Origin: a virus
Taxonomy: Duplodnaviria; Caudoviricetes
Length of the DNA: 31,945 bases
Direction: 5' to 3' (one strand)
IMG/VR virus record: IMGVR_UViG_3300030202_000362
Coordinates: 1 to 31,945 of that record
Below, piece after piece: positions 22,485-31,694 of this stretch. Below the pieces are notes generated by a model, which saw nothing but the letters and a program-made list of their open reading frames with translations, had not been told where the DNA came from and searched no databases. Both the position numbers and the translations under genes were made by a program. The number at the start of each line of letters is the position of its first letter. The first letter of the stretch is position 1.

Positions 22485-24827
22485 ATGGGTAGCGGTTCAC
22501 CAGTATCACAAGGAGCACCTGCGCCTCAATCTGCTCCTGCGCCTACACCAGACGCAACTTTCGACGCCTTCAATCCCCCTGCCCCAGCTCCTGCTCCTGC
22601 AGCTCCAGTCTTTGATACTTTTAATCCCCTGTCCGGTGGTCAGGGGGGCGCAGGTACACCCGACTTTCCTGCATCAGGTATACCCGGTGATCCCTTTGAT
22701 CAACCTATTCCTCCACCTGGTCCTGATCGTCCTCCCGGTAGATTTGTAAGTGAAGATGCTACTTTTCAAGAACGTCTTGCAAGGTCTAGAGCAGGAACTG
22801 GTCCTCTCTTTATCCGTGTTAAGTTTGTACCGTTTGGACCGGGAGAATTTGAAGAGTCTCTCAGAGAGCAAGGTTTTGGTGAAGGTGCAATAGCAAGAAG
22901 ATTAGGACGTTTTGGATTAGGGTCAAGCTCTGGTTCAAGTTCTGGCTCACGATCAGGTTCTGGTTCTTCTCAATCAGATCCAGTCTTTGATGCTTTCACT
23001 CCTCCTCCTCCTTCTCCCACAGGACAAGATGAGTTAGACGCAAGGCCATCCAGTAACCAGCAGCCTACTGTTAGCCCTGCTCCCCGTAGGCTTGCTCCCT
23101 CTGGTGAGGGTTTTTCTCTTCCTTCTCCATTTGGCGGCACTGCTGAAACAGTAGGTGGAATAGCGAATATTGCTGACACAGCTTTGGGTTTAGGTTTACC
23201 AGGCTTAGGGCCAGCTGCTAATCTAGCAGTACAAGCTGGTCAATTTCTTAATCTACCAGAAAGCCAGAGAGGGTCTATAGACAAAGGAGAAGCAGTTAGT
23301 AGTCTACTTCCTTTTGGATTAGGAGGAGACAATGTTGAAACGCAGTTTGCCAACTTAACAAGTCAAGATGAGCTAAACGCTGGTGAATCTATTCAAGGAT
23401 CTAACGAGCTACAGAGAACCCTTTCAAGTATAGATGAAGGAACCCTTGACGAGTTTGAAGATAATGAGTTAGAAGGTCAGATACCCAGAGGACAAGGTGA
23501 GTTAGACGCAGGTATTACTGACGATTTTTCTGATTTTAAAAATTTCCAAGGTTTTGAAGGTAGGTCAGATGGTCTGACTAGTTTTGGGTTTCAGGATTTT
23601 GAAGGCGGTCTTCCTTTTGATCCAGATACAGCAGCACCCGGTTCCCGTGAAGAAGCTTTTCTACAGACTATAAATCCAGACTTTAAAGCAAGTGGTTCTG
23701 GTGATCCTGTCTTCGATGCTTTTGATCCACCTACTGATCCCAGGTTTGATCCATTTGATAACCTAGAGCTTGCTTCTTCACCAGATACTACCTTTGAAGT
23801 ATTTGATGCTTTTAATCCTGATCTAGGAGATGATCCTGTCTTTGATGCTTTTAATCCTAATGACTTTGCTCCTGTATCCAGACCCGGTACATTTAGCTTT
23901 GACAATATTAGTAATATACCAGAACAGTTTCGGCTTGCTCCACCCCTTCCTCTTGCTAATGATCCTGTCTTCGATGCTTTTGATCCACCTGCGCCAGATA
24001 CAACCTTTGATGCTTTTGATCCTCCTACTCCTGCCTTGTCACGCAATCCAGAAGAAGCGGAACGGCAAGTAAAAGCAGCTAATATTACTCAAGCGGTGGA
24101 AGCACAGAACCCCGGTAGTTTAGGAAGAGAAAGGGTAAGAAGTGCTGGACAAGTTTTAAGAGAGAGCTTTGATCGTAATACTAGAGAACGGGAAGCTGGC
24201 AACAGGGGTCTAGAGACAGGTGTTCAAGTCGCAGGTCTAGGTGATATTCTAGATTTTTTCACACCAGAGAATAGATTAGATCAGTCACGAAGACGCGCAG
24301 AGGAAGCGGCGGCTAGGCGGCGCCAAGGTATACCTCCGGCAGGGCTGCAACGCGCACAGAAAGCAGCTGCACTAACTAACCCAGTATCCGGGGGAGTTTT
24401 CGGACCAACAGTTCCGAATGTTCAGGTAGGAGGTGCAGGTAGACAGGGTACACTTGTCCCTTCTTCTCAAGAAGTAATAAGGGCGTTAGCAGCACCAGAT
24501 GGAAAAGGTGGACTAAAAGCAGAAGCAGATCGTAGCATTCTTGACAGACTAAACAGTTTCTTTGGGAGAACACCTTCTGTTACAACACAGCTTCCTCCTC
24601 CTGCATTTGACAGGGCGGCAGCAGCTGCACAGTTTGAAGCACAGCAAGCAGCGTTAAATCGACAAGCAGCTGGCCAAGGAGGAGGAGCTACTCAACCCCC
24701 TAATACAGGCCGACTACCAGAATCAAACCGAGGAACGGGTAGGGGTACGTTTGCAGAAATTTTAAAACAACTGGGAATTGGTAGGGCTAGAGGTGGTCTA
24801 GTAGGGCTTACAAGGAAAGGAAACTAA
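22485..24827 (+). CDS. 780-aa low-complexity, probably disordered virion/ejection protein with FDAF repeats
   Basis: GAGGGAG RBS; P/G/A/D/F-rich; C-terminal RARGGLV; function inferred only. Confidence 0.7.
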   Translation: MGSGSPVSQGAPAPQSAPAPTPDATFDAFNPPAPAPAPAAPVFDTFNPLSGGQGGAGTPDFPASGIPGDPFDQPIPPPGPDRPPGRFVSEDATFQERLARSRAGTGPLFIRVKFVPFGPGEFEESLREQGFGEGAIARRLGRFGLGSSSGSSSGSRSGSGSSQSDPVFDAFTPPPPSPTGQDELDARPSSNQQPTVSPAPRRLAPSGEGFSLPSPFGGTAETVGGIANIADTALGLGLPGLGPAANLAVQAGQFLNLPESQRGSIDKGEAVSSLLPFGLGGDNVETQFANLTSQDELNAGESIQGSNELQRTLSSIDEGTLDEFEDNELEGQIPRGQGELDAGITDDFSDFKNFQGFEGRSDGLTSFGFQDFEGGLPFDPDTAAPGSREEAFLQTINPDFKASGSGDPVFDAFDPPTDPRFDPFDNLELASSPDTTFEVFDAFNPDLGDDPVFDAFNPNDFAPVSRPGTFSFDNISNIPEQFRLAPPLPLANDPVFDAFDPPAPDTTFDAFDPPTPALSRNPEEAERQVKAANITQAVEAQNPGSLGRERVRSAGQVLRESFDRNTREREAGNRGLETGVQVAGLGDILDFFTPENRLDQSRRRAEEAAARRRQGIPPAGLQRAQKAAALTNPVSGGVFGPTVPNVQVGGAGRQGTLVPSSQEVIRALAAPDGKGGLKAEADRSILDRLNSFFGRTPSVTTQLPPPAFDRAAAAAQFEAQQAALNRQAAGQGGGATQPPNTGRLPESNRGTGRGTFAEILKQLGIGRARGGLVGLTRKGN

Positions 24828-24830
24828 ACA

Positions 24831-25379
24831 ATGTGGGCAAGAATATCAGGTAATCAAGTGTTAGAGATTATCCGAGTGCCTAAAGGTATAAAGATTAACG
24901 GGGTTCAATATCCTAAGACTATCTTTACTGACGCTTGGACAGACGAAGAAAGAAAGAACATAGGTGTAGTACCTTATAAGTATATAGGTAATATGGTAAA
25001 TACTATGTTCTACAAAACATCTGAAGGTCCTCCTGTTGTACTGGAAGATAAAGTAACTGTGATCAGAACTACAACGCCTATAGAACTAGCTGATATTAAA
25101 GCTACAATGAAAAGTCAGATTAACGCTGTTCTTGCTGCGTGGTTTGGAGAAACCGACTGGTACTTTATCAGAAAGTTAGACACAGGCAAAGAAGTTCCTG
25201 CTAATATTGTCAAGTGGAGGAACGATCTCAGAGCCAGAGCATTGGTGCTCGAAGGTGATATAGATAGTAAAGGTAACATAGCAGGGCTAGAAGCCATGAC
25301 CATTGTAACACCTGAGATGTTAGAGGATGATATAGAAGCTGTAGCAGAAATTAATGACTGGCCTGTTAAACCAAAATAA
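24831..25379 (+). CDS. tail fibre assembly chaperone-like protein
   Basis: INGVQYPKTIF..W N-terminus; ETDWYFIRK...WRNDLRA...DWP C-terminus. Confidence 0.7.
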   Translation: MWARISGNQVLEIIRVPKGIKINGVQYPKTIFTDAWTDEERKNIGVVPYKYIGNMVNTMFYKTSEGPPVVLEDKVTVIRTTTPIELADIKATMKSQINAVLAAWFGETDWYFIRKLDTGKEVPANIVKWRNDLRARALVLEGDIDSKGNIAGLEAMTIVTPEMLEDDIEAVAEINDWPVKPK

Positions 25380-25394
25380 GGTAGTGTATAATAC

Positions 25395-25766
25395 ATGAAA
25401 GTACTGGCTAAATTACTACTTGTTGTTTGTCTTCTACTGGCTCCTGTCTCTGCATTGGCTCAAGAGACATGGGCTAAAGGAGATTCAATAGCTACTTTCT
25501 TTATGTGCTTATCAGAGAAAGATATAATGGACGTAGCTCTGGCAGACAGTAGAGATATGAATTCCTACGCTGAACAGTTACTAGGTAAAAGTATTGCTCA
25601 ACGCTGTTTTAGGCTTTCTCCTCCACAGATGTTTAGAGTTGAGGAGGTTATCTCAACTTATAACGACTATAAAGATATACCTACTTGTATACTAAAAATA
25701 AGAAAAAAAGGTGCTGATGTTGCAGGTTACGTTGTAGCTGCAGGTATCCCCAGTAAAGGAATCTAA
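25395..25766 (+). CDS. exported protein with Sec signal peptide
   Basis: MKVLAKLLLVVCLLLAPVSALA|QE with AxA cleavage site. Confidence 0.7.
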   Translation: MKVLAKLLLVVCLLLAPVSALAQETWAKGDSIATFFMCLSEKDIMDVALADSRDMNSYAEQLLGKSIAQRCFRLSPPQMFRVEEVISTYNDYKDIPTCILKIRKKGADVAGYVVAAGIPSKGI

Positions 25767-25768
25767 AG

Positions 25769-25975
25769 ATGCCAGACTTAACTGATGTAGAGATAGGGAA
25801 GATGTTACAAGCTGTAGATCAGTTGAGTAAAGAAGTTGACAGGTTAACCAATAGGCTTGACCAACTTGAAAGTCAACTTGACAAAGGCAAAGGAGTTCTC
25901 CTAGGAGTGTTCATAGTAGCCTCTGGTTTAGGAGCAGCTATGTCTGCTATTATACAGAAGGTATTCACGTATTAA
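25769..25975 (+). CDS. coiled-coil + C-terminal TM protein (holin/XhlA-like candidate)
   Basis: Heptad repeat, then KGKGVLLGVFIVASGLGAAM. Confidence 0.6.
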   Translation: MPDLTDVEIGKMLQAVDQLSKEVDRLTNRLDQLESQLDKGKGVLLGVFIVASGLGAAMSAIIQKVFTY

Positions 25976-25993
25976 AGTAAGGAAGATAGTACC

Positions 25994-26884
25994 ATGGCGT
26001 TTACCACTAGAATACGATTAGAAAAGCAAGCAGACGGGGCTAACCCTAACTCTTGGGGAACTGTGCTTAACAACAACGTCATTGATCTTGTTGATGACGC
26101 CATAGCTGCCTACGTCACAGTATCCCTGTCTTCTGTAGATGTAACCTTAACCAATCTTGATGGCACAACTGATCAAGCCAGAAGTGCTTTTCTTGAATTA
26201 CAAGGAACCTTAACCAGTGATGTTAATCTCGTCATCCCTCAACAGTCTAAAGGCTACTTTATCAGAAACCAAACCGTTCTATCAGGAACTGAAACTACAA
26301 AGATTAAAACTCTGGCAGGTCAGGGTGCAACTGTGGGGGTCAGTTCAGATGGATGGTTTGTTTGTGATGGGGTGTCTGTTCATCAGCCCAATGCCACTGG
26401 TCTAGGACTAGGCACTGCTTCAAACTTAAACATTGGAACTGCAGATGCAGACCTTATTCCAGTGTCCACTGCAGATATTAGGTATGTTAGAACCTCTGTC
26501 TCCTCTACAATCCCATCAGCAAAAACCTTTACCAGCGCCACCACCTTTACAGGTCCAGTGGTTGGACCAGTTGTCTCTCTTACAGACGCTGCTTCTATAG
26601 CTGTCAACATGGCTCTGGGAAATAACTTTGCCATAACACTGGCAGGTAACAGAACACTGGGTGCACCTGCTGGTGTAACACCGGGACAGACAGGTTATAT
26701 CTACGTGGCGCAAGACGGCACAGGGAGTAGAACTCTTGCCTTCGCCACTGCCTATGTTTTTGTAAGCGGTACTGCTCCCACCATGAGCACAGGAGCAAAC
26801 GCTGTTGATCTTCTGGTTTATAATGCAAGAACTACCACTGCTATATCTACTCTAGTTATTAAAGCTTTGGCTACTGCACCGTAG
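25994..26884 (+). CDS. tail fibre/spike anchor protein
   Basis: LEKQADGANPNSWG..LNNN N-terminal anchor; C-terminal LTDAASIAVN...LAGNRTL...QDGTGSRTL domain. Confidence 0.7.
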   Translation: MAFTTRIRLEKQADGANPNSWGTVLNNNVIDLVDDAIAAYVTVSLSSVDVTLTNLDGTTDQARSAFLELQGTLTSDVNLVIPQQSKGYFIRNQTVLSGTETTKIKTLAGQGATVGVSSDGWFVCDGVSVHQPNATGLGLGTASNLNIGTADADLIPVSTADIRYVRTSVSSTIPSAKTFTSATTFTGPVVGPVVSLTDAASIAVNMALGNNFAITLAGNRTLGAPAGVTPGQTGYIYVAQDGTGSRTLAFATAYVFVSGTAPTMSTGANAVDLLVYNARTTTAISTLVIKALATAP

Positions 26885-26893
26885 GAGTTATAA

Positions 26894-28993
26894 GTGTCCA
26901 CACTATCACAAACAAGAAAGCTTAATTTTAGGCCGGGAATACACAGAGAATCTACGCAGTATGCGGAGCAAGGTTCTTGGTATGATGGTAATAGAGTCAG
27001 GTTCAGAGACAAAAGACCTGAAAATATCAGAGGCTGGGACGTTAAAACTTCTGGTTCTATTCTGGGTACAGGTAGAGATCTGCTTACATGGCAAGATAAT
27101 ATTACCCAAAAACAGATGGCCATTGGAACAGACAAGGCTTTGTACCTTTACCAAGGAACAAGAACTTTTAACATCACTCCTGTCAGAGCCAGCGCAACTC
27201 TGACCAATGCTTTTGGCACACAGGCAAACAATGTAAGGGTCTGTGTATCAGACACAGCACACGGGCTGGCTTCTGGTGACTTTGCCGTGTTTACTTCTTC
27301 CTCTGTTGCCACTGATTTTTCTTTTAACGCTATGTTCCCTGTCAGTGTTATCACTGCAAACGTCTTTACTTTTGATGCCTCTACCTCTGCACCTGACAAC
27401 ACAACAGCAGCGGGAGAAGCCACTGTTCAGTACCTTATACCAACTGGTGCTTCTGTTGGGATCACAGGTACAGGCTACGGTGCAGCAGACTATAATGCAC
27501 AGGTATTTACCTCTGTGGTTCTGACCAGTGTTATCAATGTGGTAGCTGCCACAGTTGCTGTTAGCATAACTAGTCCTAGTCATAATTTAGAGATTGATGA
27601 TTTTGTTTACTTCACCACTGCAACAACAGTGGGAGGTAACATTCTTCTTACAGATTCTACCTTTGGTGGTCCTATCTTTCAGGTGGTGTCAGCAGAAGAT
27701 GCTAATAACTTTACCATTAATTCTTTGGTTAGTGCAGTTGCGACAAGCGCAGGAGCAGGTCTAGCCACGGCACAGTTCCTTGTAGATGTTAGTACCACAG
27801 CAGGATTCAGAACATGGAACTCTCCTGCTGTGTCAGCTGGTATTGATTTCATACCTGCTAACTGGCAGCTAGATACCTTTGGAGAGATACTTCTTTCCAA
27901 CAAAAGAGGAATGGGGTTAAACCAGTGGTTTCCTACTTCAGGAGGATTGGCCAGAGCCTTTCCTGTTACCAACGCCCCTGTCAGTATTAACTCATTCGTG
28001 GTCTCTCCTAACGACAGACACGTTATTTGTTTTGGTTGTTCTACTTTTGCAGGGCCAAAAGAACCTTTACTTGTGAGGTGGTCAGATCAAAATGATTACA
28101 CTAACTGGACGCCTTCTGTAAGTTCTACATCAGGAGAAAATACCCTGTCAGGTGGAACTGAGATTGTACAGGGTATCAGAAGTAGAAACCAAATTGCTAT
28201 TCTTACTGATCGTGTTCTCTATGGTATGCGCTTCACTGGTCCTCCTTTTATCTTTTCTTTCACTGAACTAGGAACAGGGTGTGGTGGAGTTAGTCAGCAC
28301 GGTGGTACTGATATGGACGGTACTCCTGTCTGGATGGGCTTTAATAACTTTTTTGCTTTTGATGGTAGGGTAAGAAGATTAGACTGCACGGTTAGAAGGC
28401 ATGTCTTTAATGATATAAACAGAGATCACATGAATAAAATATACGCAGGTATTAACTCAGAGTTCAAAGAGATTACGTGGCTCTATCCATCTGCTGATTC
28501 TATCGAATGCAACAGGTATGTTTCGTGGTCCATGGAAGAAAACTACTGGGTCTACGGTGAAGCTATCTGGACTACGTGGAGTGACAGAGGTGTCTTTGAT
28601 AATGTTATTAACACGGGAACATCAGTAGGCGTCACTCGTATCTATGACAATGAGATACCAAATATCTTTACCGGGAAAGGGTTGAAGATAGATTCCTTTA
28701 TTGAAAGTGCTGACTTTGGCATAGGTGATGGTAATGAGATGCTCTTTGTTGACAGGTTAATTCCTGATCTTGAAATCAACAACGGGCAGGTTGCTTTTAC
28801 AATTCAAACCAAAGAGTTTCCCAACGGCCAACTAAGAACAAAAGGACCTTTCAATCTTACTCAGAATACCCAGACAGTTAGATTTAGAAGCAGAGGCAGA
28901 CAGGCAAGAATTAGGTTAGAGAACGATGCCACAGGAACTGAATGGAGATACGGAGATATGAGACTTGATATACAAGAAGATGGTCTCAGGTAG
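26894..28993 (+). CDS. tail nozzle / P22 gp10-like DNA-stabilisation protein with two inserted beta domains
   Basis: FRPGI..ESTQY...WYDGNRVRFR, WQLDTFGE, LLVRWSDQ, FAFDG, RSRGRQ..., DGLR C-terminus. Confidence 0.75.
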   Translation: MSTLSQTRKLNFRPGIHRESTQYAEQGSWYDGNRVRFRDKRPENIRGWDVKTSGSILGTGRDLLTWQDNITQKQMAIGTDKALYLYQGTRTFNITPVRASATLTNAFGTQANNVRVCVSDTAHGLASGDFAVFTSSSVATDFSFNAMFPVSVITANVFTFDASTSAPDNTTAAGEATVQYLIPTGASVGITGTGYGAADYNAQVFTSVVLTSVINVVAATVAVSITSPSHNLEIDDFVYFTTATTVGGNILLTDSTFGGPIFQVVSAEDANNFTINSLVSAVATSAGAGLATAQFLVDVSTTAGFRTWNSPAVSAGIDFIPANWQLDTFGEILLSNKRGMGLNQWFPTSGGLARAFPVTNAPVSINSFVVSPNDRHVICFGCSTFAGPKEPLLVRWSDQNDYTNWTPSVSSTSGENTLSGGTEIVQGIRSRNQIAILTDRVLYGMRFTGPPFIFSFTELGTGCGGVSQHGGTDMDGTPVWMGFNNFFAFDGRVRRLDCTVRRHVFNDINRDHMNKIYAGINSEFKEITWLYPSADSIECNRYVSWSMEENYWVYGEAIWTTWSDRGVFDNVINTGTSVGVTRIYDNEIPNIFTGKGLKIDSFIESADFGIGDGNEMLFVDRLIPDLEINNGQVAFTIQTKEFPNGQLRTKGPFNLTQNTQTVRFRSRGRQARIRLENDATGTEWRYGDMRLDIQEDGLR

Positions 28994-28999
28994 GTACAG

Positions 29000-29299
29000 A
29001 TGGCAGCAGTTTATCCTACACTTCCTGATCTATACAGGTTAACAGACGATGAATTAATACAAGCCTACGCAGAGATAAGAGAGTGGGCAGACTCGATGAT
29101 TAACGAACTAGAGGGAAGAGACCTAGAAAATATTAGAACAGGTACTGTGAGAATTAATAGAGAAGTATCATCTGGTGTAGTAGGTCAACCACTTGCGGGT
29201 GATGTAATATACGAAAGAAAAACAGGTAAGTTTAGAGGTTATGTAAGCGTAGCAGGGACCACCATTGGTTGGTCAGATTTTAATTCATTCACTCCGTAG
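29000..29299 (+). CDS. hypothetical protein
   Basis: 99 aa, in-operon after the nozzle gene. Confidence 0.65.
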   Translation: MAAVYPTLPDLYRLTDDELIQAYAEIREWADSMINELEGRDLENIRTGTVRINREVSSGVVGQPLAGDVIYERKTGKFRGYVSVAGTTIGWSDFNSFTP

Positions 29300-29310
29300 G
29301 AGATTAAGTT

Positions 29311-29985
29311 ATGTCGCTATTTAATAAGTCTAATTTTATGAATGCTATGATACGTGCTATGTACGACCAAGATCCTAATTTTCGCACTCAAGTAGCAAAT
29401 GCTCCTGCAGGTACACAACAAATGTTTACTCAGATGGGTATCTTACCAGCAGGATCAGGGGGTCTAGCTGGAGTATCTGATCCACAAGCCATTCGGAATA
29501 TAAGAGCAGATGCTTCTTCTAATCCTGAGACCAAGGCTATGCTCAGAGCAGGAATAGATCCAGAAGAAGCTGTTTCTATGCAGCTAGGAGGAGGGGTAGA
29601 TGATCAACTGTTCCAACAAGGTTTTCAACAAGGCGCTCTTCAGCCTTTAATCTCTACTCCTATTCCTGCCCCTGCTGATTCTTATAGTAGTGCTGCTGGT
29701 CTATCTAATTTAATGAAGCCCAATGTTTATACAGATGTAAATGCTTATAATCAAAGAATACCGTTGGGTCCACCTGTTGATACTCAGGTGCTTCAAGCCG
29801 CGCAGAACTTTGCTAATCCTTCAGTTTTTAGTTATAATGGGGCAGGAGGTGGTCTCTCAGGTATGATGCCTAGTGGTGCTCCGGGTTCAATGAATCCAAT
29901 GGCAGGTAATCAGAACCAAGCTTTTGGGCAAGGACAACAACAGCAACAAGTAATGCCTATACAACCTTACACAATGGGTACATAA
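29311..29985 (+). CDS. low-complexity Gln/Gly/Met-rich protein (putative internal virion)
   Basis: AGGAG RBS; MQLGG motif. Confidence 0.65.
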   Translation: MSLFNKSNFMNAMIRAMYDQDPNFRTQVANAPAGTQQMFTQMGILPAGSGGLAGVSDPQAIRNIRADASSNPETKAMLRAGIDPEEAVSMQLGGGVDDQLFQQGFQQGALQPLISTPIPAPADSYSSAAGLSNLMKPNVYTDVNAYNQRIPLGPPVDTQVLQAAQNFANPSVFSYNGAGGGLSGMMPSGAPGSMNPMAGNQNQAFGQGQQQQQVMPIQPYTMGT

Positions 29986-29989
29986 TAAA

Positions 29990-31693
29990 ATGCAAATAGG
30001 TCCTAGTACATATATGGCAGCGGCTCCCGGCGCAGACATGAGCGGTCTGGCCAATCTAATGGCCATGAAGGGTAGAAAAGGAGACAACACTCTTGTTCAT
30101 ATGAGCAAGTCAGAACTCCCTTATCTTAATATGTTGGCACGTTCTGCTGGTCATTCTCAAGGACTACCTGTTAATCCAGAGACAGGTCTACCAGAGGCTA
30201 ACATACTTAAAAGTATCCTACCAGTTGCTGGTGCTATATTAGGTGGAATGTTCTTACCTATGGCTTTACCTTTTCTAGGAACAGGCGCACTGGCAACAGG
30301 TGTAGGTGCAGGGCTAGGTTCTTTTGGTGGTGGTCTTCTAGGAGGACAAAGTTTAAAGGAAGCTGCCATAGGTGGGTTAATCAGTGGTGGTCTCTCAGGA
30401 CTAGGCGCTGGTATGTTTGGTGATCAAAGTTTAATGGGTGTGTCAGAAACTGTAGGACAGGCCACACCAGAAATTGTTACTCAAGGTGTTCAACAAGCTG
30501 GGTCAGGGTTGCCAGAGGTTGGTTTTGGTACTAATTTTGGACCAGCAAGTTTACCCACACCTGCTTCCGGTGGTGCAGGTTTGGTTCCACCTGTGCCTAG
30601 TGCAGACTATGTAAAAGCTTTACAAGCAAAGGACTTAGTAAATAAAGATTTTGCAGTCAGTGATTTAATGAAAGGTTTTCAACCTTCTCAGGCTAATCTT
30701 AGCGCAGTTCAAGCAATGGATAAACCATCCTTTCTTAGCACAGTAAAACCGTATGATCCTCAACTAGGGTTAGGTAAGATGGACTTCTTAAAGACTCAGC
30801 TTAAACCTGCCGCGACAGCGGGATTAGCTGGCATAGGAGTAGACGCTGCTCTGGAAAGAGGAGCCTTTGAGCCTATAGACTACAGTAGTTACTATGACGC
30901 TATGGAAGTAGAGAGACCATCCCCGCTTCCCAAGAAAGGTCTACGCTTTGAGTCTGAGAGAACAGGCGCTTTTCCTACTAGCGTAGAAGAAGCACTGGCT
31001 TTTGCACAGCCCGGAGCTGGTAGACGCAGGTTCTTTGACGAAAGGTTTACCCTCCCTGCCAAGACAGGTGGACTAATTAAGATGCAAGAAGGTGGTAGTT
31101 TCTTAGAACAAATGTTAACAGGTGGTTTATTATCTACTGATAAAGCCCAAGATGTAATTAGCAAGCTTCCTCTTCCTATGACTTCTCTGTTAGGAGGAGC
31201 AGGAGCACCTGCGTTACTAGAAAAATTTCTAGGTGGAGGAGGAGATCCTACAGCACCACCTCCCGCTGCCCGTGCAATGGACGCCCCTGTAGCACCTTCT
31301 CCTTTACCGACACAGGGAGAGCTAGAAGAGATGGAAGATGTAGCAACGATGCAGCAAGTTCTTTCTGGTATTCCGGTTGAGGCGCAAGCAGGTGGCTTAA
31401 TCCAAGCCTACGAAATGGGAGGACCACCGTCTCCTTACTTTGAAGGGAGAGTAAATGGTCCTGGTGATGGTATGTCTGACTCAATACCTTTCTCCATCGA
31501 AGGACAACAACCAGCTATACTATCCAGAGATGAGTACGTTCTTCCCGCTGACATTGTATCAATGATGGGTAACGGTTCCTCTGATGCAGGTGCTGGTAAA
31601 ATTGATTCTTTCATAAATGACTTTAGGGTGCAAAAATACGGTAGAGGTGAACAACCACCAGAAACCAGTAGAGGACTAAATAGTATAGGATAG
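29990..31693 (+). CDS. putative internal virion / DNA-ejection protein
   Basis: GRxGDxxLVH...NPETGLPE N-domain, Gly-rich hydrophobic segment, xxGG motifs, GPGDGMSDSIP...LSRDEYV C-domain. Confidence 0.7.
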   Translation: MQIGPSTYMAAAPGADMSGLANLMAMKGRKGDNTLVHMSKSELPYLNMLARSAGHSQGLPVNPETGLPEANILKSILPVAGAILGGMFLPMALPFLGTGALATGVGAGLGSFGGGLLGGQSLKEAAIGGLISGGLSGLGAGMFGDQSLMGVSETVGQATPEIVTQGVQQAGSGLPEVGFGTNFGPASLPTPASGGAGLVPPVPSADYVKALQAKDLVNKDFAVSDLMKGFQPSQANLSAVQAMDKPSFLSTVKPYDPQLGLGKMDFLKTQLKPAATAGLAGIGVDAALERGAFEPIDYSSYYDAMEVERPSPLPKKGLRFESERTGAFPTSVEEALAFAQPGAGRRRFFDERFTLPAKTGGLIKMQEGGSFLEQMLTGGLLSTDKAQDVISKLPLPMTSLLGGAGAPALLEKFLGGGGDPTAPPPAARAMDAPVAPSPLPTQGELEEMEDVATMQQVLSGIPVEAQAGGLIQAYEMGGPPSPYFEGRVNGPGDGMSDSIPFSIEGQQPAILSRDEYVLPADIVSMMGNGSSDAGAGKIDSFINDFRVQKYGRGEQPPETSRGLNSIG

Positions 31694-31694
31694 T

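Noticed and set aside
25387-25392. TATAAT before the signal-peptide gene
   Set aside because: Only 2 nt from the ATG and no -35; too close even for a leaderless transcript
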